A stretch of 47,833 bases of DNA, taken from assembly GCA_910592345.1 (NCBI GenBank), contig CAJVPI010000159.1, forward strand, positions 1-47,833. Direction: 5' to 3'. The notes under the pieces are model-generated. The model was not told where the DNA came from, did no database searches, and worked only from the letters and a program-made list of their open reading frames with translations. How positions within the stretch are numbered: position 1 is the stretch's first letter; each line of letters starts with the position of its first letter. A program made the position numbers and the translations under genes. Shown here in pieces: positions 26,760 through 39,792 of the stretch. The stretch comes from Paraglomus brasilianum. Taxonomy: Eukaryota.

Positions 26760-28087
26760 ATGCAATGGAGCTTGACTGACAACATGGAAGTAGGTCTGAA
26801 ACCGGGAGAAATCAGCTTAGGAGTGAGTGTTAGAAAGAAAGAGGAGATGGGCATAAGAATAGGGTTGTGTTGCTATTTGTTCAATAATTAAGGTAGATTT
26901 ACAAATAGTCGATTTCTATCATGTTCTATTAGACCACCCTTATAGCTGTTGCTTTTGATGGAGGTGTGGTCGTTGGTGCGGATTCACGCACGTCGATGGG
27001 TGGCTCATACACTGTCAATAGGGTTACAGACAAGTTGACCTACGTCAGTGATAGGATATACTGTTGCCGGTCTGGCAGTGCGGCTGATACACAAGCTGTT
27101 GCTAGTATCGTCACTTATTATCTACAACTATACGCGTAAGTGTTCTATACAGTTAGAAAGCGTTGTCATATCAGCATGATTGATGCCTCTATCGTTTGTA
27201 TCGATGATTGAGCGTTTTCAATTTCTAATTATTCCAATCTCAATAGTATACAACATGAAGAGGAGCCTCCTGTCCGTGTGGCAGCATCGTTGTTCCAAGA
27301 GCTCTGCTATAAGAATAAAGATGCCTTATCGGCAGGGATAATTTGTGCTGGTTGGGATAAGCATGATGGCGGTTCCGTTTTTGGCATACCTATGGGCGGA
27401 TCAATGCACAAACTGCCATATGCTACAGCAGGTAAGCCTTTAATCAAGATGAGGATGATGATTGCATTATCTTTTATACATTGCTTGTGATATACACATG
27501 AATTACGTCTCGATTATTTGATTCATTTGCTGGGGTTTTTTTTCTACTTTGTTTATTCCACGTTGCAACCAACAAAATATACTAATTACCTGTTTACGGC
27601 TTACGTAGGTAGTGGTTCTACATATATTTATGGTTACTGTGATACCTCATTTAGACAAAACATGACCAAGGAAGAAACAATAGAATTTGTCAAGACTGGT
27701 AATAATAAGTTAAAATCTGTATGTTTCTTCCCTTATGCATTCTTGTTCACTTATCGCTCCGATTGTTCTTCCCATATAGGAGTTGCATTGGCAATCGGTA
27801 GAGACGGGTCATCTGGAGGTTGCATTCGTCTGGCTGTTATTACCAAAGATGGCGTGCAGCGACATTTCATCCCGGGAGACCAAGTACCAGGTAATGCTGC
27901 CGTTCGCAATCGATTAATGTATTTTTATGTAATGCTAACCGCCTCTTATCGTAGCCTTGGGCGTTATATGATTTATATATATCTACAAGGAACAAAAGTG
28001 AGGTTGCTCATGATAAAGGTAGTTCATAACACGTCATCTTGTTAGCGTGTTAACAAGTTTTTCCCCTTAGAGCTGGAACGATATTGA
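26760..28087 (+). CDS. PRE3: 20S proteasome subunit beta1 (Pre3/PSMB6), 6 exons
   Basis: Exons 26760-26822, 26933-27135, 27247-27431, 27609-27698, 27780-27890, 28071-28087 (last exon less certain). Motifs [41 protein letters not shown] and RDGSSGG. Confidence 0.92.
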
Positions 28088-29297
28088 TGGGCGATCCTCG
28101 CAAATATGATGTTAACTCGACACTTAATAAAATTCATGTAAGATTTGTGTAATTGTGAGGCTATGAATACTGTTGTGACATTTAGTGAGCAAATTGCCGA
28201 CAGTCGCCAGAAACAATTTATTCATGTTAGAATTTACGTTCTTCTCCCAATTAATTTTACTGACCCATACGGTTTGTGGGTGCATTTTTCCTGATTCATA
28301 GTACCCGTTGAATTGTTATGCGATGGCATCCTATCATTGTTGCAATTGTCGCGTTTTTGGCTCCATTTTTTGAGAAGACCCATTTATGCACAAGGTAGAA
28401 AATTGGGCTTAGTAATTATTATTCTGTTCATCACGACACGCTATATAGGACATAGTATCATCAATTTTGTAGTGTGTACCAAAATTTATTCTCTTGCTTA
28501 TAAAACTTTGTCTTTCAGTATTGAATATTCCGATCAATGAATTTTGTTCAGTTTTGTTTGAGGCTTCTTCTTTGTAAAACAACTGCGTGCAGTGAAATCT
28601 ATTTTTGAATATATGAAACTTGTTTATCAAATTGACCCCCAAGCCCAGAGCCTTGTTGTCTTATTGAATATAAATTACACTTGTGTTTAAAACATTACAC
28701 AGATGCACACCTCCGAAAATAGGCATATAGTAAAAAGAAACGCTTATTCTCACAGGATACTAATTCTCATAGATTCACTTTCTTCCGAATGTTTATATTA
28801 GGTAAAGAAGGGATTACTTACGTCCATACGTTCGCTACTCGCCCAACAGCAATTTCATTCAACCATTTCGCCAAAAAGTGCATGCAATTTGTTCCCAATT
28901 CTCTTGTTGGTCACAGGTGTCGAAAATAAAAGATTGAAACATGGAAACGTTTCCAAAGCCCAACGTGAATTCTGTCAATCGTAACCGTTCTCTGACAGAT
29001 CACTACTCAATTAACAATCGGTTCTCTAATTAAATTATTTATTATTTACACAGTAATTGTCGACATGGCCGCATTCGTATTTTTCGTCTGGATTATTACA
29101 TTATATGACGGAAGCATGAGTGTTTATTTATAAAAGTGCGTAACCAACTTCATGTGACATATTCCTTTTAACTTTTTAGACCCCTTGATTCCATATGCTC
29201 GAATCCTCCAAATATTTCTTCCTAAACCCCGTCTGATCACTTAGGTATATCGATTACTTTATTGATACCGATACCTTTAATTAATAAAATTGTTAAT

Positions 29298-31204
29298 TTA
29301 TTTTTTATCGACTATGAGATTGAATAGCATTTGCTTATCCTGATCGGTTGCAGCACTAAGTAAGTTCGCACCATAATATGAGAAGTCGTTCCCACTCTCA
29401 TCATCATCATCGATTTCGCCAGAGTCAGGATCAAAACCGAGTGACGAAGTTACAAAATCAAGATTACTATCGACCGTGTTGATTCGATTTTCTATTTCAT
29501 GTATTGCGTTATCTACATTGGTAGTGTCGCTTGCAGTTGTCTCTAACAAGGAAGGGTTGGTCGATATTAATGTGTTTGCCGATGCGTTAAGAAAGTCTGT
29601 ATCCACCTCGGTCTCGGGAATATTGGGGGCCGAGCCAAAAGCACTGAAAAGGTCAAATTGAGGCATCTGGGACTGTACTGCACAATCGCTTGACAGATCA
29701 TTCGTAGAATCTTGTACAAAAAAGTGCAAGATAGTAAGTAAGGGATGTTGAATAATAGTAATAGAAGCAAAAAAATTATTATTTATTTAATAATCGGGAA
29801 AGATTAATACGACAAGCATAAATTGTACGTATTCGTAAAGGTCCTTACCATTGTTAAAGTCGAACTCCCATGCATTTGGATCGAATTCAATTGTCTCTGT
29901 TGGCGCGTCCGTACTCTCTTCCTGACTAATTGCGTCTTTGAGTAACAATCTTCGTTTCTTGGGAATTAATGCTCTCTTCTTATCGACCGAGAAAACAGAA
30001 GCCAAAAACCGTAAAATTTTATCAATTGTTTCCTGTTGCCTGCGATGCCGTTCTCTTGCGTTTATTGTCTCTTGCCAGAGCAATTGATTATCCTGCTGAA
30101 TGTTTTTGAGATCGCTGCTTATAGTCAATTGATGTTTCTTGATGGATGCAATTTCGTTTAATATGTGGTTTAGATCTATTTCGTTTGGATCTTTGCCATT
30201 CTCCGAGTCTTTCCCTTTCTTTCGTTGGACAAAGTATAAAAGGTCTTGTTGATTTCTTAAGAAGTTAGGATTGCTGAACTCTGATTGCTCTGATTGCATG
30301 TCGGCCTGCAGTACTCCTTGTTGCAAATGAGGTATTTTGTGAAATCCGTACATATTGAGCTGCCTCACGAAGCTGCTAAAGTTGTTGTGTTTGAAGAAGC
30401 GAGGCAAGACTACGCGAGCAAAATCCTGCGGTCGAGTAATTAAGAATGAACTGCCGTTTTCTGACCAGTGAATCAAGTCATTCGATTGAGGATCATTGAC
30501 CATACTAATAAGAAGAGTTGGAATCGAACAATGACGGAATTGAAGATTGAGCGTTAAATGTGAATATTATAAGATAGGATAATAAACTAGAAAGAAAGCA
30601 ATTATGACAATTCAATAAGGAGATAGAGTCAATATTATATAAACAAAAAAAAAACATACAGCGATATTGTTCTACCCGTATTTAAGGTATTGATCGGGAA
30701 ACAGAATATCTATTCGCTATTTATGCTGCACTCTCTCCCACTTACTTGCACTTACTTGTACAATTTGTTAAGGAAAGCAGGCACACTCCTGTTTGCTGAT
30801 CGAGGCGATCGAGCGATTTTGGCGGGAGGAGCAGGCAGTTGGTAAAGGCTGGTGTTAATATTAAGTGCAGAGGATAAGGGAGTTCCATCTCTTGTTGGGG
30901 ATTGGGAGGAAGCCGGCCTCTTTTGTGGAATGATTGTTGTGGAGTCACCAGTCTCCCTCTGCAAAGTATTCGTGGTTAGTGGTTGTTGCTGTGGTTCTTG
31001 TGGTTGTGGCTGCTGCGGTTGTTGCTGTTGTTGCTGTTGTGGTTGTTGTTGCTGTTGTTGTGGTGGTGGTGGTGGTGGTGATTGTGGTGGTTGCGGTGGT
31101 TGCGGTGGTTGCTGTGGTTGCTGTGGTTGTTGTTGTTGTTGTTGTTGCTGCTGCTGCTGCTGCTGTTGTGGTTGCTGTGGTTGTTGCTGTTCTTCTTGCT
31201 GCAT
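29298..31204 (-). CDS. HSF1: Heat shock transcription factor with N-terminal polyQ/P tract, 3 exons
   Basis: Exons 31204-30756, 30504-29849 and about 29710-29298 (an alternative in-frame acceptor exists at 29677). DNA-binding domain VPAFLNKLYNMVND...FKHNNFSSFVRQLNMYGFHK followed by the HR-A/B coiled coil. Confidence 0.92.
30979..31201 (-). repeat. Coding CAA/CAG/CCA trinucleotide repeat (polyQ/P) in HSF1 exon 1
   Basis: Read directly. Confidence 0.95.
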
Positions 31205-31875
31205 ATTTGGTTTTTATGAATACAGACGTCGATAGGATGGTCTCTTATTATTAAAGTACTGACGTGTTATATGTACACTACCGGACGAGTTGCGCAAAGA
31301 CGGACAGATATTGTGAGAAAGAAGTGATACGTATTACATACATAAAAGGTTAGTGTCCAAACCAAATATTCAAACTTGGGCGGGAGTGATACACGTAATT
31401 TCTCTACTAAAGACAAGCGGGAAGCAACAAATGATTAATTCCTGTGGCGCTTGGTGATGGGATGTTGCAGACCCAGTAGTAGAGACGAAATACTAATACG
31501 TGGTGGGTATGTCAAGCAGGGCTACTGTATATATGCATGTTTACTCGAGAAAGAGAATGTTACAAACTTTAAAATGTTGGGGACAAAAGCACATTTGTCA
31601 TGCCATTTTAGGCCATTGAAACAATCGTTTAACAGTGAAGCAAATTACAGCATTTGTCTGCTAACCATCAATAAATGCTAACCTTGTTTCAACTAATGCG
31701 CATATACCAAAACTGCATATAGCATTGTATTTCTGAGATAGATTACCATAAAGGTCAAGTCTTATGATAAGAATTTACAATCTGCCTGGACACATCATCA
31801 ACTTTGGGTTAGACTCTGTCTTAATTTAGTTACTTCATGATTGCGCGCGTTAATCAACGAATGGTTTTGCAGATA

Positions 31876-31918
31876 GTAACATGGTTGTAACGTGGTCGTA
31901 ACGTGGTCGTAACATGGT
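31876..31918. repeat. 11-bp tandem repeat GTAACRTGGTY, 4 copies
   Basis: GTAACATGGTT GTAACGTGGTC GTAACGTGGTC GTAACATGGT. Confidence 0.85.
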
Positions 31919-32274
31919 AGACAGCCCTGGTCATTTACACCTGGGAGAATGTTTTATTGTTTCACTATTTACAGTCATAAGATGGCATTCCCAAGCGGTT
32001 ATCAATTTGTAAGAAAGCAGGTCTACATTTACACGAATTGCTTTTTATTGTTCGGGTGACTGGATGCTTGATGATCCGGATAATCTAATTCGCGTGATAA
32101 ATTCCAGGTCACGAGCGTTTTAGCTTCAGCCTGTTTCAGCTACAACTTAACTTCCGGTTAATATTCATACCAAAATTTAGGGTTTATACTATTTTAACAA
32201 ATTACCTGAAATTCCCGCTCAATTATAATGAATATCTAATACTACAAATTATGGCATATAATTTGCGATATTGA

Positions 32275-34053
32275 TCATATATTATTATCATTATTATTAT
32301 TTTTTGGCTTAAATCTCAACATCAGCTCGTAACATCGATTCACAGCTTCAACTTTGCGCTTTGGTTTAGTATCCGGCGTAGCCAATTCAGGGTCATATTT
32401 ACTGAAAATCATAGCAATGATAATCTTAAGTTCTGTCATTGCCAACTGCCTACCAGGACATATACGCACTCCGCCTCCAAACATCATAAATGAATTTTTT
32501 GCAATGTTAAGATTCTTGGGTTCCAGAAATCGATCGGGGTCGAATATTTCTGGGTTAGACCAATGCTTAGAGCTTAGATGAATCCCCAGGTTACAAATTA
32601 CCACTTGTTCGCCTCTCTGTATATTTATATAGAGAATTGATATTGAGTACTAAGCTCGTCATAACACGCGACATCAGTTTTTATATTACCTTGACAGGAT
32701 ATCCACCAATCACATCATCTTCCTCAGGCATTCGAAGATTTAAGGAAAAGGGTGGCCTTAATCGTGCTGTCTCCTTGATAACAGCATCAGTATACACCAA
32801 TTTATTCAAATCCTCATATTTAATGGGACGGGAAAGATCCGTTCCAAGGACCGTCTCGAATTCTTGTCGAAGGCGAGCCTTGACTTTTGGATGTTTAATT
32901 ACAAAGTAGACTATATAGCAACTCAGATTCGCCGTCTACAAATATTTTGTATGACGTCATTATCTATTCGACACGCGCCACCATTACCATATATTTCTTC
33001 ACTTACTGTATCAATGCCGCCACTCAGCATTTCTATCAGACTAGCTTTGATATCCTCGTCCATCAGTGGCTCTTCGATAGTCGTGTTTCCAAGCCCTTGT
33101 GTTATATCTTTTAGTGTATTCACAGTAATCATCAATGTCAAAAAATCGGGATTCAACTGGGTCTTATCGGCAATATTCTCGATCTCTTTTCTTTTTTCAT
33201 GGATAATCTCGAGTAAGGCGTTATGTAACCAGTTCAGATTGTCCATATGAATTTTAGTTTGTTTGCGTCCAAAGGGTGTCTTGTTGCGAAATATTTCGGG
33301 CATGAAGAAGAAGTAGTTTACTGTACCGATAAACTTTTGTAGAGAAGTAATAAATGCTTCTGCCTGACCAACGATTTCTTGAGGATATGGAGCTGGTTTA
33401 GATGGATTATGAGAGTTATATAATGAAGCCATTGTGCAAGCGTGTTTGTTCATTGCTATGAGAAAGGTCATATCTGCGGTAAATCTATGTATCCAATCAG
33501 CAAAATTGAAATCTTTCTCGTCGAAACGCAATTCCATCAGATATCCTTCCATATTAGAAAATGTCTGTTGAATCCATTCCGCAGATTGTTTGGAGAACTT
33601 TGGGCTAGCCAAAGCCTGAGCAAAAATTCTTCTGTTGAAGAACCACTTGTCTCTATTTCTATTAAACACTAACCCATTTGATGACAATCCTATTGAATCG
33701 AGTCCAGTATTGGGCGGGTTTTTGATAAAGTATTTATTGTCTTTTGACGAGGTCAGTATATTATTCACTAAATCGGCTCGAGCCAGCCAGACTTGTCTTT
33801 CTCTGCCAACATATGCTTCCCATATATCGCCATATTTGGCTTGGGAATCTAGAGCCCATCTATTTGTGTCTTTAGCTGTGAGTAATTGAATGAGATTGCC
33901 TACTATGGGCAGTGGAAGTGGGCCAGGAAGAGGATTTTCGCGAGTGAAATATAATAGATAGAATCTAGTGACGTAGATGATAAAGAGAGATGCAAGGAGA
34001 GTCAGAAAATCCCAGAAAGAGAGTGACAAAATCAGAGTGGTTAACATTGACAT
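32275..34053 (-). CDS. Cytochrome P450 (copy A), about 544 aa, 3 exons
   Basis: Exons 34053-33007, 32935-32690 and 32616-32275. TM anchor, PGPLPLP, I-helix GGIDTT, KETAR (ExxR), FDPDRF and heme motif FGGGVRICPG. Confidence 0.95.
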
Positions 34054-37000
34054 GTTGAAAATATAGACCAAAGGGCAAAGAAGCAAGCCAATCTTTTGTG
34101 TTAGATAGGGACATTTATATATACAATGTGACATTTTGTAAAAAGTTAAACATGTACAATGTACCAATTAGCTAATTCGGGAATTTTCCCGATAATTACA
34201 TAAGATACATAACAACCAATCTTATGCAGGATAACGAGGATACAACATACGACAAACTTAAAAATACATATAACTAATACGTCTAATTATTATACTACTG
34301 TTTATACCGATACCGTGAACAATTTGTAGTACGGATTGCTTCTAGTTAATGAACATCTCGCTTGATAACCAATTTATATGTTTGGAGTATAATACATAAT
34401 CATAATAAAGTATTACGCCTGCTTTACACAATAGTTGCAAACCCCGATCATCATTGACTGGTATTCGCGGCGAATTATGCTTACATAATCAGATGGAACT
34501 GCATTTACCCACGGACAAAAAGTCGGCTTTAACCACTCACATGTAATAGGCTGTTCGAAAACCAGGTTCCGGGTAACGCGTCGATCATTATACAATTTGT
34601 GGACTACAGCCTTATTTCGTGATCGGAAACAGAATAAAAGACAGTTATAGGATGAGAATAAAGGTTTACTTCGTAATAGAGGTGTCACCGCAGAAATCTG
34701 CTTATTTGGTTGTAGTAGCTAATAGTCAATTCGGCGTACCATAATTAGTTTGTCTTTTGTATCCGTGTGTAGCGAGACTGTTTCTAAAATTATCTGCCAC
34801 ATTGTGATCGTCCAAGTAAACTCCCATAGTTTGCATTCAAATTGAGATTTTCTTGTCCTTAACTTTAGGCGTTCTTTCTTCTCTCCCTTTTTATCTTCGC
34901 AACTGTGCAAAACAATCATTAACGTTTGCATTGCTATCAACTATCGGGTATGTAGAACAAAGTACAAGTGCATTGATATTTAATAATTGTGGGTCCATTA
35001 AACTTCGATTCGGTAGAGGGTTGCCAGCTTAGGCCTTACCCCAATTGTGCTTCATAATATAAAATTTTTTTTAAAAATCTTTGATAAATGCTAAAATTTG
35101 TCGGACATGCAAATTTGGAATAAAATCTTTGAAATTATTACTGGTTGAAAAAGATAGTCAGCAAGGTTATAAATTATAATATAGACTATCTAGTGTTTGC
35201 GTTTGATTGCTGTAAAAAAGTAATGGTAAGTCATTAATATTAATAATGTGAAAACGGTCTTAATAGAGTATTAGTGGAAAAGAGCCAAAATTGTAAATTT
35301 AACAGCATAAAAGGATTTTGCATATGTCTTGAAATATGTCATACTAAGAAAAAATAATTATAGTGTTACTGTACAGTATAACTTTATAAGTAAAATATTT
35401 ACGACAGATATACTGTACTTAATATTAAATTTTTTTCAGGTGCTTCTAGATTTTTGTCGAAAAACGTATGTTTGCTATTATCATATAACAACATATATAC
35501 TTTGCTAGCCCATAAGTTGTTTAGAACAAGCAGTATTCTTCTATTATAATATAATACTAGTAGTGGATAATAATAGCATGGCGAAATATTAAAAAAAAAA
35601 TTTCCAATACATTCTATAAGCACCTAATCAAGACTTTTGCCAACTAAAAAAAATCATGACCTTAAGCATTGTTGCCTTTAGCACTTACATTTATAAAAAG
35701 CTACAACAAAGTAGTAACTAATTCTGGAAAAAATTACATTTCTCAAGCTTGGGAACTGTCCCAGTTCGGAACCCAGACACTCAGTTCACAGGTTCCCAAC
35801 TGAGGTATAACAAACATGTCGTGTTTTAGTATCTCTAGAGACAGTAACATTTGTGGTGTCAACTCGTAAGAATAACATTGTCTACAATTTTGCTACGATT
35901 ATTCTACGTACTAGAAATAAAATTAGCTATACCATAGCATTAATTTTATATCTTTGAGTTATTTTCATAAATAAAGTAGGCACTTTCAAATTGACAAATG
36001 AAGAATAGATGAGGCAATTTATGTGTTAATTAAAGCAAAAATTTGTGAAAAAAGAACAACATCCTATCAAACGACTATGCAGACTTGAACTCATACGATT
36101 GGTAAGAAAATTTATACGTTGTTATAACTTTAATCAACAACAACATTGGTTGCTTAACATTAATTCGACAATCTTAATTCCAACAGTCGATTTTTGTTTA
36201 TGCCATGCACATATGTAGTATATTGGCAGCATGGATAAGCAATTCTGTAATTTGATTTTTCTAATCCAAATACAGTAATCGAAGAGGAGATGTTTCCTTA
36301 TGACTTATTAAGTACTTGTATTTTTCTCTTTTTAAACTATTATTTGTAATTTTCTTCTTCCCACATAAACGATCATGACGTCTGTTTTACATTAATCAAA
36401 AACAAATGCCAACCAAAAAAGTTGGACTTAGCAAGCGTCGGTTCATGGGTGGTACTACAATTGTTATCGGGTGAACTTTGTTCCTCTAATTTAATTTTAT
36501 GTCCGATTACGTGGTAAAATTACTGTCGATCACCCATGGCTAATTAGCGGCGGGAATTTTAGTCAGGCTGTTACTCGACAAAGTAAAGGAACGATTGTAA
36601 CAATTGCTAAATTTCGGTTCTTTGCAATCGTTAAGTAATATTCATGACTCAGAATTGTTCACGTATGTATATAAATATTTTATTTATCTAAATTACGGTT
36701 AGACTCTAATAAATATACTTCAGAAGAGTAATACATTGTACGTCTTCCACCCACCCCATCTCCATATTTGGCATGCGATAAATATTAAATATTATTAGTA
36801 ATGACTATGAATGATACTTTGGATCGGATAGATAGAATTTACTTACCACCACTTAACTTGCAATCGAGAACAAGTATTATGCCCAGCTGATGTATAATTG
36901 TTGGACACAATATGTAACTTTTGTCCAGCAAAAGGATAAGATTCGGAACAAGTCTTTCTTTCTGTTATCCCACCCTCGAATTTGTGGGAAACGGAGTTTT

Positions 37001-37531
37001 GTTATTTCCTCGTCGTTTCGATTCGATGTTCTTATGCCATCTTTGGTAAAAACATCTCCTTGGCTTATTCGCATGCTAGCAATAACATAACAAGGCGTAC
37101 AAGTTATGTAAACATGAGAGAGTCGCACAAAAGAATAATGCTTTTTTCTTTTTAACTAGGAGTTTGTTTGGCTCTCTTAATTAACCAGATAACTAACTCG
37201 CTGAGGAACAATTCACAGTTCGGTTTCAAATAAATAGCACACATTTCACGTGTAATTAAGTTCAATGAGTGGGGACTGTCCGAACATTATCAATATGCTC
37301 CGTGTTCGATCTACACAACAAATAGTCGGATTTACCGTCCTTTACAAGCACGAGGACCATTAACACACAAGATTACACTTTTACGTAATACTCGGCTAGC
37401 TAATTTAAACAGTTATGTAATCTCCGGAAAATTCTTTACGCAAGGCATGTTGGATAAACTCCATTGGTTGTAACTTATTGTCACACAACCTTCCATCGGT
37501 CAAACTTAATAAGGTTGCCATTTTGTCTGTC

Positions 37532-37538
37532 TATAAAA
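37532..37538 (+). promoter_or_regulatory. TATA box of P450 copy B
   Basis: TATAAAA about 100 nt upstream of the ATG; conserved in the pseudogene copy at 10532-10538. Confidence 0.6.
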
Positions 37539-37637
37539 GGCGCGTGTCAACAGATGGTCGATTCACGTATTAGTATTGAATTTTATATCTATAAAACATA
37601 GAAAAATCGGATTCATTCATTCATTCATTAATTCATA

Positions 37638-39414
37638 ATGTCAACATTGACACATCTAATTTTTTCTCTCTCTTTCTGGGATGTCTTAATTCTATTCGGT
37701 ACTTTTTTTATACTTTACATTACTAGATTCTATTACTTATATTTTACTCGTGACAACCCATTCCCTGGTCCGCTTCCACTGCCCTTAATTGGCAATGTCG
37801 CTCAATTAATTATTTCTGGTGACTTTAACAAGTGGGCCTTAGAATCCCAAGCTAAATATGGCGACGTATGGGAAGTGTATATTGGCAACGAAAGACAGCT
37901 CTGGCTGGCTCGTGCCGACTTGGTCGAGAATATACTGACTGCATCAAAAGACAACAAGTATTTTATCAGAAACCTTCCCAACAGCGGACTTGATGCATTA
38001 GGACTGTCATCTAATGGAATAGTATTCAATAGGAATAGAGAACGATGGCACTTCTACAGAAAGATGTTTGCTCAGACTCTTACTACAATAAAGTTCTCTA
38101 GACAAGCCACAGAATGGGTCCAGCAGGCGTTTGCTAATATGGAAGGATATTTTATGGAGTTAGGTTTCGACAAAAAGGAATTCAATTTTGCTGAGTGGAT
38201 GCCTCGATTGACCGCAGACATGACGTTCCTTATAGCAATGGACAAGCACGCTTGCACGATGGCTTCATTATATAACTCTTATAATCCATCTAAACCAGCT
38301 CCATATCCTCAAGAAGTGGTCAACGAAGCGGATAAATTCATTACTGCATTGCAAAAATTTACTAGCACGATAAAATACTTTCTCCTCACACCTGAAGTAA
38401 TTCGCACTAAAACCCCTAGTGGACGTAGCCAGTCAAAAGAACACATGAACAATCTAAACTGGCTTCATGAGTCCGTAACCAAAATTATCCAGAAAAAGAG
38501 AAAAGAAATTGAAACCATTGACGATAAGAGCCAATTGAAATCCGATTTCTTGACATTGATGATTACAGTAAATACACCGAAAGATATGACACAGAAGCGG
38601 GGGGATGGTACCGTCGAAGAGCCACTGACAAACGAAGATATCAAAGCTAGTCTGATAGAAATGTTGAGTGGTGGCATTGATACGGTAAGTAGTCTGATAC
38701 AAGATACTGTTGTACAATATTCACTGCCTATATTCTTCTAATCGTCCATTGGTGAACAAACAGACGGCGAATTTGATTTGCTTCATAGTCTACCTTGTAA
38801 TTAAGCATCCAGAAGTCAAAGCACGTCTCCAACAGGAATTAGACACGGTCCTTGGAACGGATCTTTCTCGTCTAATCAAATATGAGGATTTGAATAAATT
38901 GGTATATACTGACGCTGTCATTAAGGAAACTGGGAGACTTATGCCTGTCACTTCCATAAATCTCCGTGTAGCTGAAGAAGATGATGTAATCGGTGGATAT
39001 CCTATCAAGGTAAAAATACGTTTGCATATGTCAATTGTGATAAATAATGGTCTTACTCCAATTGCCACACTATCTCCACTTATACAGAGCGGCCAGCAAA
39101 TAGTAATTTGCACCCTTGGAATTCAACACAACTCTAAACACTGGTCTAATCCAAAAGAATTCAATCCCGACCGCTTTTTGGAACCCAACAGCCATAAAAT
39201 TGAGAGGTACTCGCTTGAAATCTTTGGAGGAGGTGTGCGTATATGTCCTGGAAGGCAGTTGGCTATGACAGAACTGAAAACCATGATTGCTTTGATCTTC
39301 CGTAAATATGATCCTGAATTGGCCACACCGGATACTGTGCCGAAGTACACATATGAGTCTGTGAATCAATGCTACGAACTGATGTTGAGATTTAAGCCGA
39401 GAAAGATAGAATAA
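37638..39414 (+). CDS. Cytochrome P450 (copy B), about 539 aa, 3 exons
   Basis: Exons 37638-38684, 38764-39009 and 39088-39414, with the same intron positions as copy A. Motifs GGIDTT, KETGR, FNPDRF and FGGGVRICPG. Confidence 0.95.
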
Positions 39415-39792
39415 GTGTACTTGTAGTATATAAATGTAGCATAATGATAATGTATCCCATACTTTAGTTGCGCTGATTTGATGGATCAAATCTATTCAAT
39501 CATAATCAATATTGCTTAGAGCGGTGTTGCCACGTCTATTGTATCTATGTGAATTATTTATCAATCTAATTTATAATAAACCATTTATACGATTAACTTC
39601 TTGGTAAATTGGATGGATGGATATATGCCAGTAATGCTGTCTATTATTCAAGGACTTATCATGTGGACTGTGGCGTCGAACCCTTTTTGAATTACCTAAA
39701 AAGTAATTTGTGGCGTTATGTACTTGTAGCGTTGTTGATACACAGAGTGCCTACAACCCAAACTTTGAACACATCGCTATAGATCTTACACA

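Noticed and set aside
22586..31204. RFC4-MYG1-PRE3-HSF1 as a functional proteostasis cluster
   Set aside because: Ordinary housekeeping neighbours; no shared element seen and synteny cannot be tested here.
30852..31254. Cys-rich and Val-rich plus-strand ORFs that look metallothionein-like
   Set aside because: They are antisense readings of the HSF1 CAA/CAG repeat.
34054..34167. N-terminal extension of the P450-A ORF
   Set aside because: It overlaps the TATA-like sequence, and the paralog indicates a start at 34053.
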